Numbered from the stretch's first letter, positions 23,579 to 32,000 are shown. The stretch is 32,000 nucleotides of DNA from Trichlorobacter lovleyi SZ (GCF_000020385.1 NC_010814.1:2490001-2522000); one strand, 5' to 3'. The notes: generated by a model from the sequence alone, not told the origin. Program-made: numbers and translations.

Positions 23579-26116
23579 TCAGTTGGTCTGCAAAAGACTT
23601 GGGAGAATGATCACTCGGTCAACTACCACGCTTCCCATGCCGATGTTCAAAACGCCACCCAATCCGGTAAAACCGCTACTGCTTCTGCTAAAGTCAGCCT
23701 TGTAGCCGCCTTGAAGGATTAATGCCTTGTCAACAACCGTACTGAAAGGCAAAATATCCTCCAACAGCATGATTATGTCATTGCTGTTGGCTGCTGCATA
23801 GGCGTCTGCAAAACTACCGTAGCCATTGCTACCTATTTTTGCCTTGGGTGCCAGGCTAAAAGTGGCGCTGACAGTTTTTGCACTATCCATAGTTAAGCTG
23901 CATACGCCTGTTCCTGAACAGGCGTTGCCCCACCCAACAAAAGTTGACAAAGCATTAGGTGCTTGTAAAAGGGAGACGCTTTGTCCGTAAGGAAATGAGG
24001 TTGTACAGATTCCACTTGTGCAGGTAATGCCAGTTGGATCTGTTCCCTGTGGATTGCTGGTAACCGTTCCTCCTCCGTTCCCTGTCACAGACACCGAAAG
24101 TACTGGTGGAGAAGGCATGCCGTTGATCAAAACATCATCAATCTGCCAATAGCCATGGACGCCATAATAGTGAAAGCGCACCATTATATTGTTTTTGCCT
24201 GCCGCAAGTGTCGTCAAGATAACGTTGACATTTTCTGGCCCTGAATATTTATCTTTCCTAACTATATTGATCCAAGGGCCAGAAGAACCATTTAAACTGA
24301 TGTCGACATCTGCTGTTGCTGTTGCTAAAGATTTAAATGAGAGATTGATTGTACTATAGTTGCTGAGATCAAGAACAGGCGTTCTGAGTTCAATATCAAT
24401 GTACGCATCAGGTTGCGTAGAAAAGTACCCTCCCCATGCAAATCCACCGGTGCCACCCACATAATTAGTGGCCCAGGACATGGTGCCAAACCACCAGGCG
24501 CCAGCTGGGTCGTAATCAACTGTCCAGCCGCTTGGCACACTGTTTGTGTCGAAAGTTTCAGACAACACAACGCTTGTAGAAAACGTTGCTGTCACTGATA
24601 CATCAGACGACATTGCAACGGTACAGCTTCCTGTCCCGTTACAGCCTCCACCTGACCAGCCAGTAAAGATAGAACCATTATCTGGTGTTGCAGTTAACGT
24701 TACCACTGCGCCACTAGAATAACCGTTTGTACCAGTGTCACCGCTCCAAACAAAGATACCGGGTCCTGAGACTGCTACGGCACCTGTCCCTGGACCATCC
24801 TTTGAGACGGTTAAGGTAAAATCTTTGGGGTCATTGGGTTCAATACCGGTAATTATGGCATGGCTGCTTCCAATCCAGGAGTAAGCACCTGTGGTAAAAT
24901 CGTTATATACGTCGTAATAGGCATCAGCGTAACCGCCCCATCCAAGATTCACATGTACCTTACTGGTGATGCCATCTGTTTGGTATCCATCAGCAACAAA
25001 GGCGTGCCCTCCGTTTGAGCTTTGGGCAACAAACATCACAGGTCTTGCCAGGGTTGCATCAATTTCCGTCTTAAACAGGTCAAACCATGTTGAAGCAGTA
25101 TAGTCATTTCTACTGTGCCAAACTTGAGTTAACTTGTATTTAAAGTAGTTCTGAAGGGTTGAAGGAGAAACCCCACCATACGATGTTCCACAGCCATAGT
25201 TCATATTAACCGCTATCCCAACGTCTGACATCAGTTTGGCCACGGCGTTAACTTGTGTGCTCGAGCTGGAAGACGAGAGAGCCGACGGCATATTTCCCCA
25301 ATCGTACACACTTTGTGAAAAATCAGCCGACAGGGTAGTGCCATTCCAGGCGTAGGAGTTGCTGCCAACTCCTTTATCTGGCCACTGCCAGTAACGAAGT
25401 ATCTGAGACCAGGCGGTAGCCACACAGCCTGTCACTGTGTGGTCACAGGTTCCAACTGCACCAGTACCGGCAGGGGTCAGGTTATTGTAGTAGGGGGCTT
25501 GATTCCAGGTAGTTGTAAGCAGGGGAGCTACTTGGGAGGTTGTGTATTCTACGTTTGATCGCGTATCAGAAGATGAAACCGTAGAAGCGACAGTATCATC
25601 ACCATAGAATTTCCAGGATTTACTGACTTGAGTGGTCTCACTCACCAGGTTTTTGTCCGATTTTATTTGTTCTTGGAACTTTTGTCTGTTTTTGTGAGTC
25701 GTGTTCATTTCCGGGAGGATCCAGGACTCAACAGAATCTGGCTGTGTTACTCGAGAAGGCTCAAAACTTGATCTATAAGAGAAAAGAACGACCGGAGTGA
25801 ATTCATCATGATAAGGGATGAGAAGATAGCCACTGGGCTTAACAGAGACATTATAGGCAATGGGTTCGCCTTCGTACTCAACCAATTGTATCTTGGAGAC
25901 AGTCGGCTTGAAGTCATGCACCCAAGGGCCAAATTGCTTAACCTGATGCCGAAGAAAACTCTGTGCAACACGCCGTACCATCACTTCTGAAACAGGCGCT
26001 GCAAAAACCGTTGAGACAGAGAACAAAAACAGGAAAACAGCTACTATTCCTGTGCTATGCAGCAACTTTTTTTTATGTTGCTTCCATCCTACGGTTGAGT
26101 AAAGTCTCTGTACCAT
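23579..26116 (-). CDS. secreted C10-family cysteine peptidase, paralog of 14917-17442
   Basis: TGCVATAWSQILRYWQWP and GGHAFVADGY. Same domain order as the 841-aa protein. GGAGA SD lies 9 nt upstream. Confidence 0.88.
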   Translation of the reverse strand: MVQRLYSTVGWKQHKKKLLHSTGIVAVFLFLFSVSTVFAAPVSEVMVRRVAQSFLRHQVKQFGPWVHDFKPTVSKIQLVEYEGEPIAYNVSVKPSGYLLIPYHDEFTPVVLFSYRSSFEPSRVTQPDSVESWILPEMNTTHKNRQKFQEQIKSDKNLVSETTQVSKSWKFYGDDTVASTVSSSDTRSNVEYTTSQVAPLLTTTWNQAPYYNNLTPAGTGAVGTCDHTVTGCVATAWSQILRYWQWPDKGVGSNSYAWNGTTLSADFSQSVYDWGNMPSALSSSSSSTQVNAVAKLMSDVGIAVNMNYGCGTSYGGVSPSTLQNYFKYKLTQVWHSRNDYTASTWFDLFKTEIDATLARPVMFVAQSSNGGHAFVADGYQTDGITSKVHVNLGWGGYADAYYDVYNDFTTGAYSWIGSSHAIITGIEPNDPKDFTLTVSKDGPGTGAVAVSGPGIFVWSGDTGTNGYSSGAVVTLTATPDNGSIFTGWSGGGCNGTGSCTVAMSSDVSVTATFSTSVVLSETFDTNSVPSGWTVDYDPAGAWWFGTMSWATNYVGGTGGFAWGGYFSTQPDAYIDIELRTPVLDLSNYSTINLSFKSLATATADVDISLNGSSGPWINIVRKDKYSGPENVNVILTTLAAGKNNIMVRFHYYGVHGYWQIDDVLINGMPSPPVLSVSVTGNGGGTVTSNPQGTDPTGITCTSGICTTSFPYGQSVSLLQAPNALSTFVGWGNACSGTGVCSLTMDSAKTVSATFSLAPKAKIGSNGYGSFADAYAAANSNDIIMLLEDILPFSTVVDKALILQGGYKADFSRSSSGFTGLGGVLNIGMGSVVVDRVIILPSLLQTN

Positions 26117-26145
26117 CTAGGTGTCTCCGTTATATCAGGTTAAGC

Positions 26146-26838
26146 TCAAAGCATCCCCTTTAGTAGTGTCCCCAACGCCCCATACCACTCTTCCGTATCC
26201 TTAGCTTCTGACAGATGCTTCACCAGTGGTTCCAGCTTATCAGCTAAAGCTGCATCCCCAAGGCTGCGGGCTTCCTGCTGTAGGGAGGCTGGCAGGTTTT
26301 TATCAATCTTGTCGTACTGCTTTGCCTCAACCGACTTGATGGTCTCTTCTGACCATATTTTAAGCCGCTGATGCAGTCTGGCAGTTTCTGAACTAGCGGT
26401 GTTTATGCCGCCAATGGTGTTGTGACCTGCTGTTTGTACCTGGCCAACTCTTTTACCCGGATGTTGCTGCACAACCAGCCCAATGGCCAGTAGAGCCACA
26501 GCGGCAACAGCAAGGCCACCGTAGAGAAAGCCTCTGCCAGGAGACGCCTTTACTGCCTGTGGCGCTTCTTTGAGTAGAGATGCCGCCATGGTGTAACGGG
26601 CCAGGCATGAGTCGCAGGCAGCAATATGGGCAAGGCAACGTTCCCGCTCACCACTTGGCAGACGGTTATCCAGCAGGCTTGCCAACTGTTCGTCACTCAG
26701 GCAGGCTGGTACAGTTTGCTGCTGTTGGATTGCAGCGGCAATACTGCGCCCGATCTGCTGATCGCGGTTGTCCTTTTCAGAAGCCTGGTTCATGGCCGTA
26801 TTCCGTTCATCATAGTTAGACGGACAGTTCTCTTTCAT
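26146..26838 (-). CDS. anti-sigma factor (zf-HC2 type), single-pass membrane protein
   Basis: H-x3-C-x2-C motif (HIAACDSC), one TM helix (LYGGLAVAAVALLAIGLVV), and an ATGA start/stop overlap with the upstream sigma gene. Confidence 0.75.
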   Translation of the reverse strand: MKENCPSNYDERNTAMNQASEKDNRDQQIGRSIAAAIQQQQTVPACLSDEQLASLLDNRLPSGERERCLAHIAACDSCLARYTMAASLLKEAPQAVKASPGRGFLYGGLAVAAVALLAIGLVVQQHPGKRVGQVQTAGHNTIGGINTASSETARLHQRLKIWSEETIKSVEAKQYDKIDKNLPASLQQEARSLGDAALADKLEPLVKHLSEAKDTEEWYGALGTLLKGML

Positions 26839-27722
26839 AATAATGCATCCAGCGAAACTCCTTGTTTCAGCAACAATTCACGGCAGGTTGTCAGAACACG
26901 CCGGGTACGGCGCTCCACCTCCTGCTGGTTCAGCCCCAGCATTTTTGCCACCGTGATAGCATCCAGTGGATCAGTAGCATCATCCAGCGGAAAGCGCAGC
27001 CTGACCAGTAGCTTGTCCTCAGCGGTCATACTGTCAAGTACCTGCTTGAGGACCTCTTTGCGTTTTTTGTCCTGCTGTTTGTCTGCCAGCTTCTGTTCAG
27101 GAGTATCACGCTGAATGCTGACCAGTTCACCGCTATCGTTCCAGGCGGTTTCGTGGTCGGTATCGGACGGGTAACGACTGTTGCGCCCCTGCATCTCGCC
27201 AAGTATTGCCTGCAACTGCCCGGCATCGGCAATCATGCCATAGTTGATCTGCAGGATCTCAACTGTCTCACTAATGGTATGCCTGGCTTGTACAACTAGT
27301 TCGTAGGTACGGCGGCCCAGCTCGCCAAATCGCTCTGCCCGCTCTTTGGCACGGTTGCGTCCAGTGCGGCTGCGGACGATGTCCACCACTAGACGGCTGA
27401 TAATGGCGGTCAGGTAGGTGGTAATGGAGGACGTACCCTTGAACTCCCGTAGACGACGGTAGTCATCTTCCTGTAGATGATCCAGCACCTGCACGAACAG
27501 TTCATCCTTGTCCAGTCTGCCTGCCCGTTCAACCAGATAGCCGTGGCCACCTTCACCGGCAATGCAGTGGCTGTAGGCAGCTTCAGCCTGTCCAGCAGCC
27601 TTTTCGCAGACCTTGGCAATATAGTCCAACTGTTCGGTCAGTAGCCGCTTACAGGTGGGAGCATCATATCCTCCGGCAGGTGGTGCAGTAGATATTCTCT
27701 TTTGCCTTAACAACTTAAACAC
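26835..27722 (-). CDS. sigma-70 family (ECF-like) RNA polymerase sigma factor with an N-terminal extension and a long region 2-4 linker
   Basis: Region-2-like FKGTSSITTYLTAIISRLVVDIVRSR and region-4 HTH ITVAKMLGLNQQEVERRTRRVLTTCRELL. At 295 aa it is longer than a minimal ECF sigma. Confidence 0.8.
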   Translation of the reverse strand: MFKLLRQKRISTAPPAGGYDAPTCKRLLTEQLDYIAKVCEKAAGQAEAAYSHCIAGEGGHGYLVERAGRLDKDELFVQVLDHLQEDDYRRLREFKGTSSITTYLTAIISRLVVDIVRSRTGRNRAKERAERFGELGRRTYELVVQARHTISETVEILQINYGMIADAGQLQAILGEMQGRNSRYPSDTDHETAWNDSGELVSIQRDTPEQKLADKQQDKKRKEVLKQVLDSMTAEDKLLVRLRFPLDDATDPLDAITVAKMLGLNQQEVERRTRRVLTTCRELLLKQGVSLDALL

Positions 27723-27901
27723 CCATAGCCACCCAATAGCCTATAATTCAGTGAGAATATCTCGCAAGTTTAGAGCAGCACTTCTTAGCTTCATTATTTC
27801 AGCCAGGGAAGGCTATTATATGGTGACAACAAGGTGCGTGTACGCATCGAATAATACGGCTATAAATATCAATAAACATATAACTGCATTGTTGATAAAT
27901 C

Positions 27902-30178
27902 CTATTTTCGTTCATAGCTGGTCTTAGTCCGATTATTATAAATGAAAAATTGTGTCACACTGTTTTTGACCACTACCGGGTATCGCTTGCCCATCATTTC
28001 AACTTCATAGTTGGCATCTGCAGTGATTCCGGGAAATGACGCCTTAATCCCCAAGTGGCCTTTTTCAGTCTTGGTTTCCTGTAGTTGCATGCCATTTCTG
28101 AAAAGCCGAGCGTTGTAGATACCATCTCCTGGCGACCCGATTTCATAATACACATGCAGACTGGTCAGCTCATTCGGCTTCTGGCCGGTCAGTTTTGCCA
28201 CAAAATGGTTCAGATCTTCACCATAGGATCGTTTGGTTTTGATGTTGCCATTTTGAATTACGTCTGCAAGCAATTTCTGCTGGGAGGAAATAACTTCGTC
28301 AGAAGGCTCGGTGTGAGGATAGAACAAATTGACGGAAAACTTCTTCGAAGCGAAATCAACACTGGTTGATCCACCGATCATACCGCTACCGATTGCTCCC
28401 CCGGCAGAGATATTCTGATACATCACAATAAACGGTTTTTCCTCTCCTGGCCGCAGGGTGAGGTAATAGTTTGCATCAAGGTCAACCGGAGTTGTTTTGG
28501 TTGTTGAAAAAACCATTCTAGCCACGGTAGTACGCAACAGGTGTAGAGTAGGCTGTACCCTGACCGGCAAAAGTTCTCGGCTCTTGTTCTTAACTGTGCC
28601 AACAATAAAAATATTGTACTTATCGCCGGTACGGATAAAATCACGATTAGACTCCATGCCCCACTGCCAGGCAGACTTGCCGTCACCAGGTGCCGCAATC
28701 ACGTCTGACGCTGTTACCGCTACTTCCTTTTTTATGTAAGCATCAATCTCTTGCTGAATAGTTGCAACCTCCGGCGTGCCGCGATAGGTAGCAGCATAGT
28801 TCAACAAACCCTTGATCCCGCCGCGCCGAGCCTTAGCCAATTCAGCGTGTTTTTGTTTTTCAATATACTGTGTAGCCTGCAGGGCCTCATCACTGCCGGT
28901 ATGTGCTTGGATAAAACCGCGCAGTGCAGCCGTTCCTTTGTTTTTAGCTACTGCAAGTTCAGACCGCCGTATTCGTTTATTAGCTTCTTCCAGATACAAA
29001 CTATGGGGATAATTGGTAACAAATTTTTTCATGCTGGGAGCATCATGTTTACCTGCATAGCGGTTTTTCCAAGCTTTATCCCCCTCAAGTCCGTTGATCA
29101 ACTGACGAGATTTATCCGCCAGACCGCTTTCAGGATAGCTTGCCATAAACTTCTGCAAGGCAGGAATTGAAACACGGGCATTTTCCAACTCCTGCTGGTA
29201 AATTTCGGCAAAAAGTTCCTTGGCTTGCTTTTGCGCTGATTCCCCCTGCATGACTGTACGAGCAGACTCAAAATCTTGCCGTTCTTTGGTAAAGCGATAA
29301 GCCAGACACAGATCTTCAAACGTCCCCGATTTGCGCAATAGGGGTATTAGTTTTGTAATAGCCTTTGCCACCAGTTTATCCGGGTCGTAGTTCCCTTCAT
29401 AGTTGGCTACAAATGCTTTCAATGTATCAAGGGAATCAGACTTGGCAAAAGCATCGGAGTAATCAAGCTCAAGATATCTTTTATTATAAGCTTCTCCAAT
29501 GTAAGGAATATCCAGCAAACTGTTCTTACTCGCAATTTCCTTGCTGGCCTGCCAAGCCGACTTCGAAGCAATGGCTGTTATGGCACGTACTGCCCTATCC
29601 TGCTCAAGGAGCGATTTAACGGCATCGGGTGACAACAAAGTAGCTCCAGCAGTTGTTGCTCCTGACAACTGCTGGTAAAAGCCTTCCATGGCAGCCAAAG
29701 TTTTAGAGAAATCAAGATATTCAAGATTATTATCCCGCTGCCTGGTTGAAAGAATGAACTGTGAAAAGCGTTTTTCTGGAACTGTCACGCAATAGCGATT
29801 GCTGCCGCATGTATTAAACGAATAGGTTGCAAAAGGAGCAATCACCCGTTTGAACTCCCGCGCACCATTATGCTTGGCAAAAAAATACTGTTCGTCGGTT
29901 TCAGGGCCTGGGCCAGCCTTGTAAAGTTTCCACAAAGGACTCCCTTCATAGGCATCAACACAGGAAAAATACACCTGCTTGTCCTTACTGATGTGCAGTT
30001 TAAAGTCTTTACGATCACAACCAAAGACATAGGTTGCAACCGGAGTTGCGTCAGTTGCGTTCCGATAATGTTGCATCACTTCACGATCATCAACCTTAAC
30101 ATTGTAGAGAATACCGCATCCTGAACAGACAAGCAGCGACAACAATAAAAACGGCCACATCACATGTTTCATACACAA
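27902..30178 (-). CDS. 758-aa probable lipoprotein of unknown function with internal helical repeats
   Basis: Signal peptide with a Cys-containing lipobox-like end (LLSLLVCSGCG). Five copies of an x-x-F-(V/I/M)-x-x-Y-P-x-S-like motif lie between aa ~250 and 480. Confidence 0.7.
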   Translation of the reverse strand: MCMKHVMWPFLLLSLLVCSGCGILYNVKVDDREVMQHYRNATDATPVATYVFGCDRKDFKLHISKDKQVYFSCVDAYEGSPLWKLYKAGPGPETDEQYFFAKHNGAREFKRVIAPFATYSFNTCGSNRYCVTVPEKRFSQFILSTRQRDNNLEYLDFSKTLAAMEGFYQQLSGATTAGATLLSPDAVKSLLEQDRAVRAITAIASKSAWQASKEIASKNSLLDIPYIGEAYNKRYLELDYSDAFAKSDSLDTLKAFVANYEGNYDPDKLVAKAITKLIPLLRKSGTFEDLCLAYRFTKERQDFESARTVMQGESAQKQAKELFAEIYQQELENARVSIPALQKFMASYPESGLADKSRQLINGLEGDKAWKNRYAGKHDAPSMKKFVTNYPHSLYLEEANKRIRRSELAVAKNKGTAALRGFIQAHTGSDEALQATQYIEKQKHAELAKARRGGIKGLLNYAATYRGTPEVATIQQEIDAYIKKEVAVTASDVIAAPGDGKSAWQWGMESNRDFIRTGDKYNIFIVGTVKNKSRELLPVRVQPTLHLLRTTVARMVFSTTKTTPVDLDANYYLTLRPGEEKPFIVMYQNISAGGAIGSGMIGGSTSVDFASKKFSVNLFYPHTEPSDEVISSQQKLLADVIQNGNIKTKRSYGEDLNHFVAKLTGQKPNELTSLHVYYEIGSPGDGIYNARLFRNGMQLQETKTEKGHLGIKASFPGITADANYEVEMMGKRYPVVVKNSVTQFFIYNNRTKTSYERK

Positions 30179-30239
30179 ATTCCTCTCCGTGAAAACATTT
30201 TACTAACTCAGGGACGCAACTCACACCTCAAGAAAAGAT

Positions 30240-30417
30240 CGCTCCACTTCGGTACAGTTACGGCAACGCACTGGCTGTAGGCACTATCAGCCTAACCTGC
30301 AGCTTTTACAAAGACCGTGGTGATATAGTCCAACTGCTCGGTCAATAGCCGTTTGCAGGTAGCGCTATCATAGCCTCCGGTGGGTGGCATTGCTGAAATT
30401 TCTTGTCGTTTAAATGG
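30240..30417 (-). pseudogene. decayed 5' fragment of a second sigma-factor gene, paralogous to 26835-27722
   Basis: About 165 nt align at roughly three-quarters identity to 27558-27722. The translation is PFKRQEISAMPPTGGYDSATCKRLLTEQLDYITTVFVKAAG*ADSAYSQCVA, against FKLLRQKRISTAPPAGGYDAPTCKRLLTEQLDYIAKVCEKAAGQAEAAYSHCIA. An in-frame TAG lies at 30292-30294, and homology is lost after ~57 codons. Confidence 0.75.
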
Positions 30418-30418
30418 C

Positions 30419-31204
30419 TTACTCGTTTCCATCTTCAGCAACAAAATGAACCAGGCGGAGGCTGCCCTTGATCCCGTTCAGGCTGATTTCCTGATCAGTG
30501 AGCACTCCCTGTGACCTGCGGCCCGGACGTTTCTTGAAGTACTCAACCAAGGCATTGTCCTTGAGCCGGGCTACAAAGAAGATGCCGCTGTCCATCAGGG
30601 TCTGATACCAGTCGTAGTCGGTATAACCACGGTCAAAGACCACAAAAGAGCCGGTGGGCAGTTTGAGCAGTCTGGCCCAGTTGATCTCATGCTCTTTGCC
30701 GGTGGTGACATCGAAGAACTCTGGCAGATAGCCGTCAGCAGAAAGACCGACATGCAGCTTTATGGCCCCTTTTGCCTTTTGGTAGCTGGCCCAGGGAAAC
30801 ACCTTCAGGCAGAGGTTGATGACCGTGGCATCAAGCAGGTACAGCTTGGCGTCCAGCTTGAACCGGTTCTTCGGCGCAATGGCCTGGCAACGACCCAGCA
30901 GTTTGTGAAAGATCTCTTTGTACAACTGATGTGGCTGTTCTTCATTCACCCGTGCCAATGTTGAACGGGGTACATCCCTGGTTCCCAGATGATAGAGCTT
31001 ATGTCCTTGAACCTTGAGATTATCAACCAGATCTCGCAGGCTTTTACGGCCCGTTAGCTGGCCAACCAGCATGGCGGTGAACTGGCTCCAACGTGAAAAA
31101 GAACGAAACTGCTGCCCGACATGATGCTTACGGGCGAGGGTCTCAAATTCATGTCTCTTGAAAAAACGAACAACTTGATTAAGGACTGTGTTACTATGTG
31201 GCAC
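30419..31204 (-). mobile_element. IS4-family DDE transposase gene, 3'-truncated (IS remnant)
   Basis: N-terminal DUF4372-like region, then DDE D1 (LYLLDATVINL) and D2 (VVFDRGYTDY). The ORF stops at 261 aa, before the third catalytic residue and the YREK region expected in IS4 transposases. The stop codon abuts the sigma fragment. Confidence 0.8.
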
Positions 31205-31303
31205 GGCTCTGATCTCCTCGTGTTTATTGGTGTTTTGGCGAACTCAATATATCACAAGTAGCTCTCAGAGCCTCCTCTTATTCAATCAATTTATGGGACA
31301 GCA

Positions 31304-31600
31304 GTGACCTTTCACCTGTTCTATCTCTGGCTCCCCTCCCCTGAGTTTGCCATTGCCCGTGTTGCCGAACGAGTCCAGATGGGCGGCCACAATGTACCGT
31401 CAGAAACTATCCGGCGCAGATACCATGCCGGATTAAAGAACTTCTTTGCCATGTATCAGCAGCTTGCAGACACCTGGCGCATCTATGACAACTCTGCACC
31501 TGGCTCCCCTCGCTTGCTATCAACCGGAGAACGTACTATAATTACAACTGTTGTTGATGCTCCGCTCTGGGATTCATTGAAAGGGACATATCATGGCTGA
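31304..31600 (+). pseudogene. 5'-truncated zeta-toxin-like / COG4185-type P-loop ATPase gene (C-terminal half only)
   Basis: LWLPSPEFAIARVAERVQMGGHNVPSETIRRRYHAGLKNF matches the C-terminal part of this family as I recall it. No Walker A region is present. The frame opens only at 31262, next to the IS end. Confidence 0.55.
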
Positions 31601-31772
31601 GGCTGTAAAGAAGGATATCAGCAAAATTCTTGCTGAGGGTACCGAGATTGATGAGGCTGTCAAGCAGGCGGTACAGAAGGCAGTACTGCAGCACAAGTTA
31701 GCTGGCAATCCGATTGTGGGGATGAAGGATGGCAAGATGGTCTGGCTGAAACCGGAAGAGATTCAGGCTTAA
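31593..31772 (+). CDS. small hypothetical protein (59 aa), overlapping the upstream stop in ATGGCTGA
   Basis: My translation is MAEAVKKDISKILAEGTEIDEAVKQAVQKAVLQHKLAGNPIVGMKDGKMVWLKPEEIQA*. It is translationally coupled to the ATPase fragment and is below the track's length cut-off. Confidence 0.45.
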   Translation: MAEAVKKDISKILAEGTEIDEAVKQAVQKAVLQHKLAGNPIVGMKDGKMVWLKPEEIQA

Positions 31773-31913
31773 TCTTTCGCAGGTTGGGCTAATTTTAGTT
31801 GTTTTCAGATGCTACTAAATGGACAAACTCCACAGGGGAGTTAAGGCAAAATATATTGATTTTGTTAAGATAAATTTTACATCAACAGATTACATCCTTT
31901 TCATTAGACGTCA

Positions 31914-31936
31914 TTCGAATCCCGTTTCCCGCTCCA
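31914..31936 (+). other. tRNA-Gly 3'-end fragment (T-loop, 3' T-stem, 3' acceptor strand, discriminator U and CCA): candidate att repeat marking the island end
   Basis: TTCGAATCCCGTTTCCCGCTCCA, compared with the E. coli tRNA-Gly(GCC) 3' end TTCGAGTCTCGTTTCCCGCTCCA recalled from memory. The 75 nt upstream are AT-rich with no acceptor 5' strand, D-arm or anticodon arm. Confidence 0.6.
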
Positions 31937-31944
31937 AACAAATC

Positions 31945-31973
31945 AAAGGGTCAGGCGTTTCGCCTGACCCTTT
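31945..31973 (+). terminator. rho-independent terminator
   Basis: 13-bp stem AAAGGGTCAGGCG/CGCCTGACCCTTT with a TTT loop, followed by TTGC. It lies 9 nt after the tRNA-like CCA. Confidence 0.8.
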
Positions 31974-32000
31974 TTGCTTATCCATGTGGCCAGCCAAGGG

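Noticed and set aside
14917-26116. A diversity-generating retroelement or targeted hypervariation acting on the two C10 paralogs.
   Set aside because: The window has no reverse transcriptase and no template or variable repeat pair. Differences between the paralogs are spread along the genes rather than confined to adenine-specific sites in one short region.
27815-27820. A TATAAT hexamer on the minus strand as the -10 element of the sigma gene promoter.
   Set aside because: The hexamer 17 nt upstream (GTACAC) is a poor -35, and an ECF-type autoregulated promoter would look different. It cannot be supported without TSS data.
31860-31936. A full-length tRNA gene ending at the CCA at 31936.
   Set aside because: Only the last 23 nt look like tRNA. 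The 5' T-stem partner (ACGGG) is absent (the sequence is ACGTCA). The upstream 50 nt are AT-rich, with no GCGGGAA acceptor strand, D-arm or anticodon arm.

Overview
About 32 kb of accessory DNA, almost all coding on the minus strand. It reads as the distal end of an integrated plasmid-like or ICE-like island. The right edge (31914-31936) carries a 23-nt copy of a tRNA-Gly 3' end followed by a strong terminator hairpin, which fits an att remnant. Next to it is a decayed patch: a 3'-truncated IS4-family transposase, a 5'-truncated zeta-toxin-like ATPase gene and a dead sigma-factor gene fragment. The left part has plasmid-type housekeeping: a KfrA-like DNA-binding/coiled-coil protein with a perfect 12-bp dyad operator, a serine resolvase, and an intergenic array of four ~35-bp repeats whose hairpin arms covary. 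Two large minus-strand cargo modules fill the middle. Module A (4283-14776) is a tightly packed 11-ORF cassette: PcfJ-like protein, an orphan SEDS (FtsW/RodA-like) protein, a membrane HExxH protein, three paralogous TPR-headed polytopic membrane proteins (one split by an in-frame TAG), a TPR-fused classical AAA+ unfoldase, a small (p)ppGpp-hydrolase-type HD protein and a lambda/ApaH-type PPP phosphoesterase. I do not recognise this combination as a described system, and it is my top candidate for something new. Module B (14917-27722) is an extended sigma factor, a zf-HC2 anti-sigma, two paralogous C10 (streptopain-like) cysteine peptidases and a 2002-aa secreted multidomain protein. All three secreted proteins end in the same ~85-aa C-terminal tail, which matches no sorting signal I know. 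All family calls come from motifs read by eye in the translations; no searches were run.
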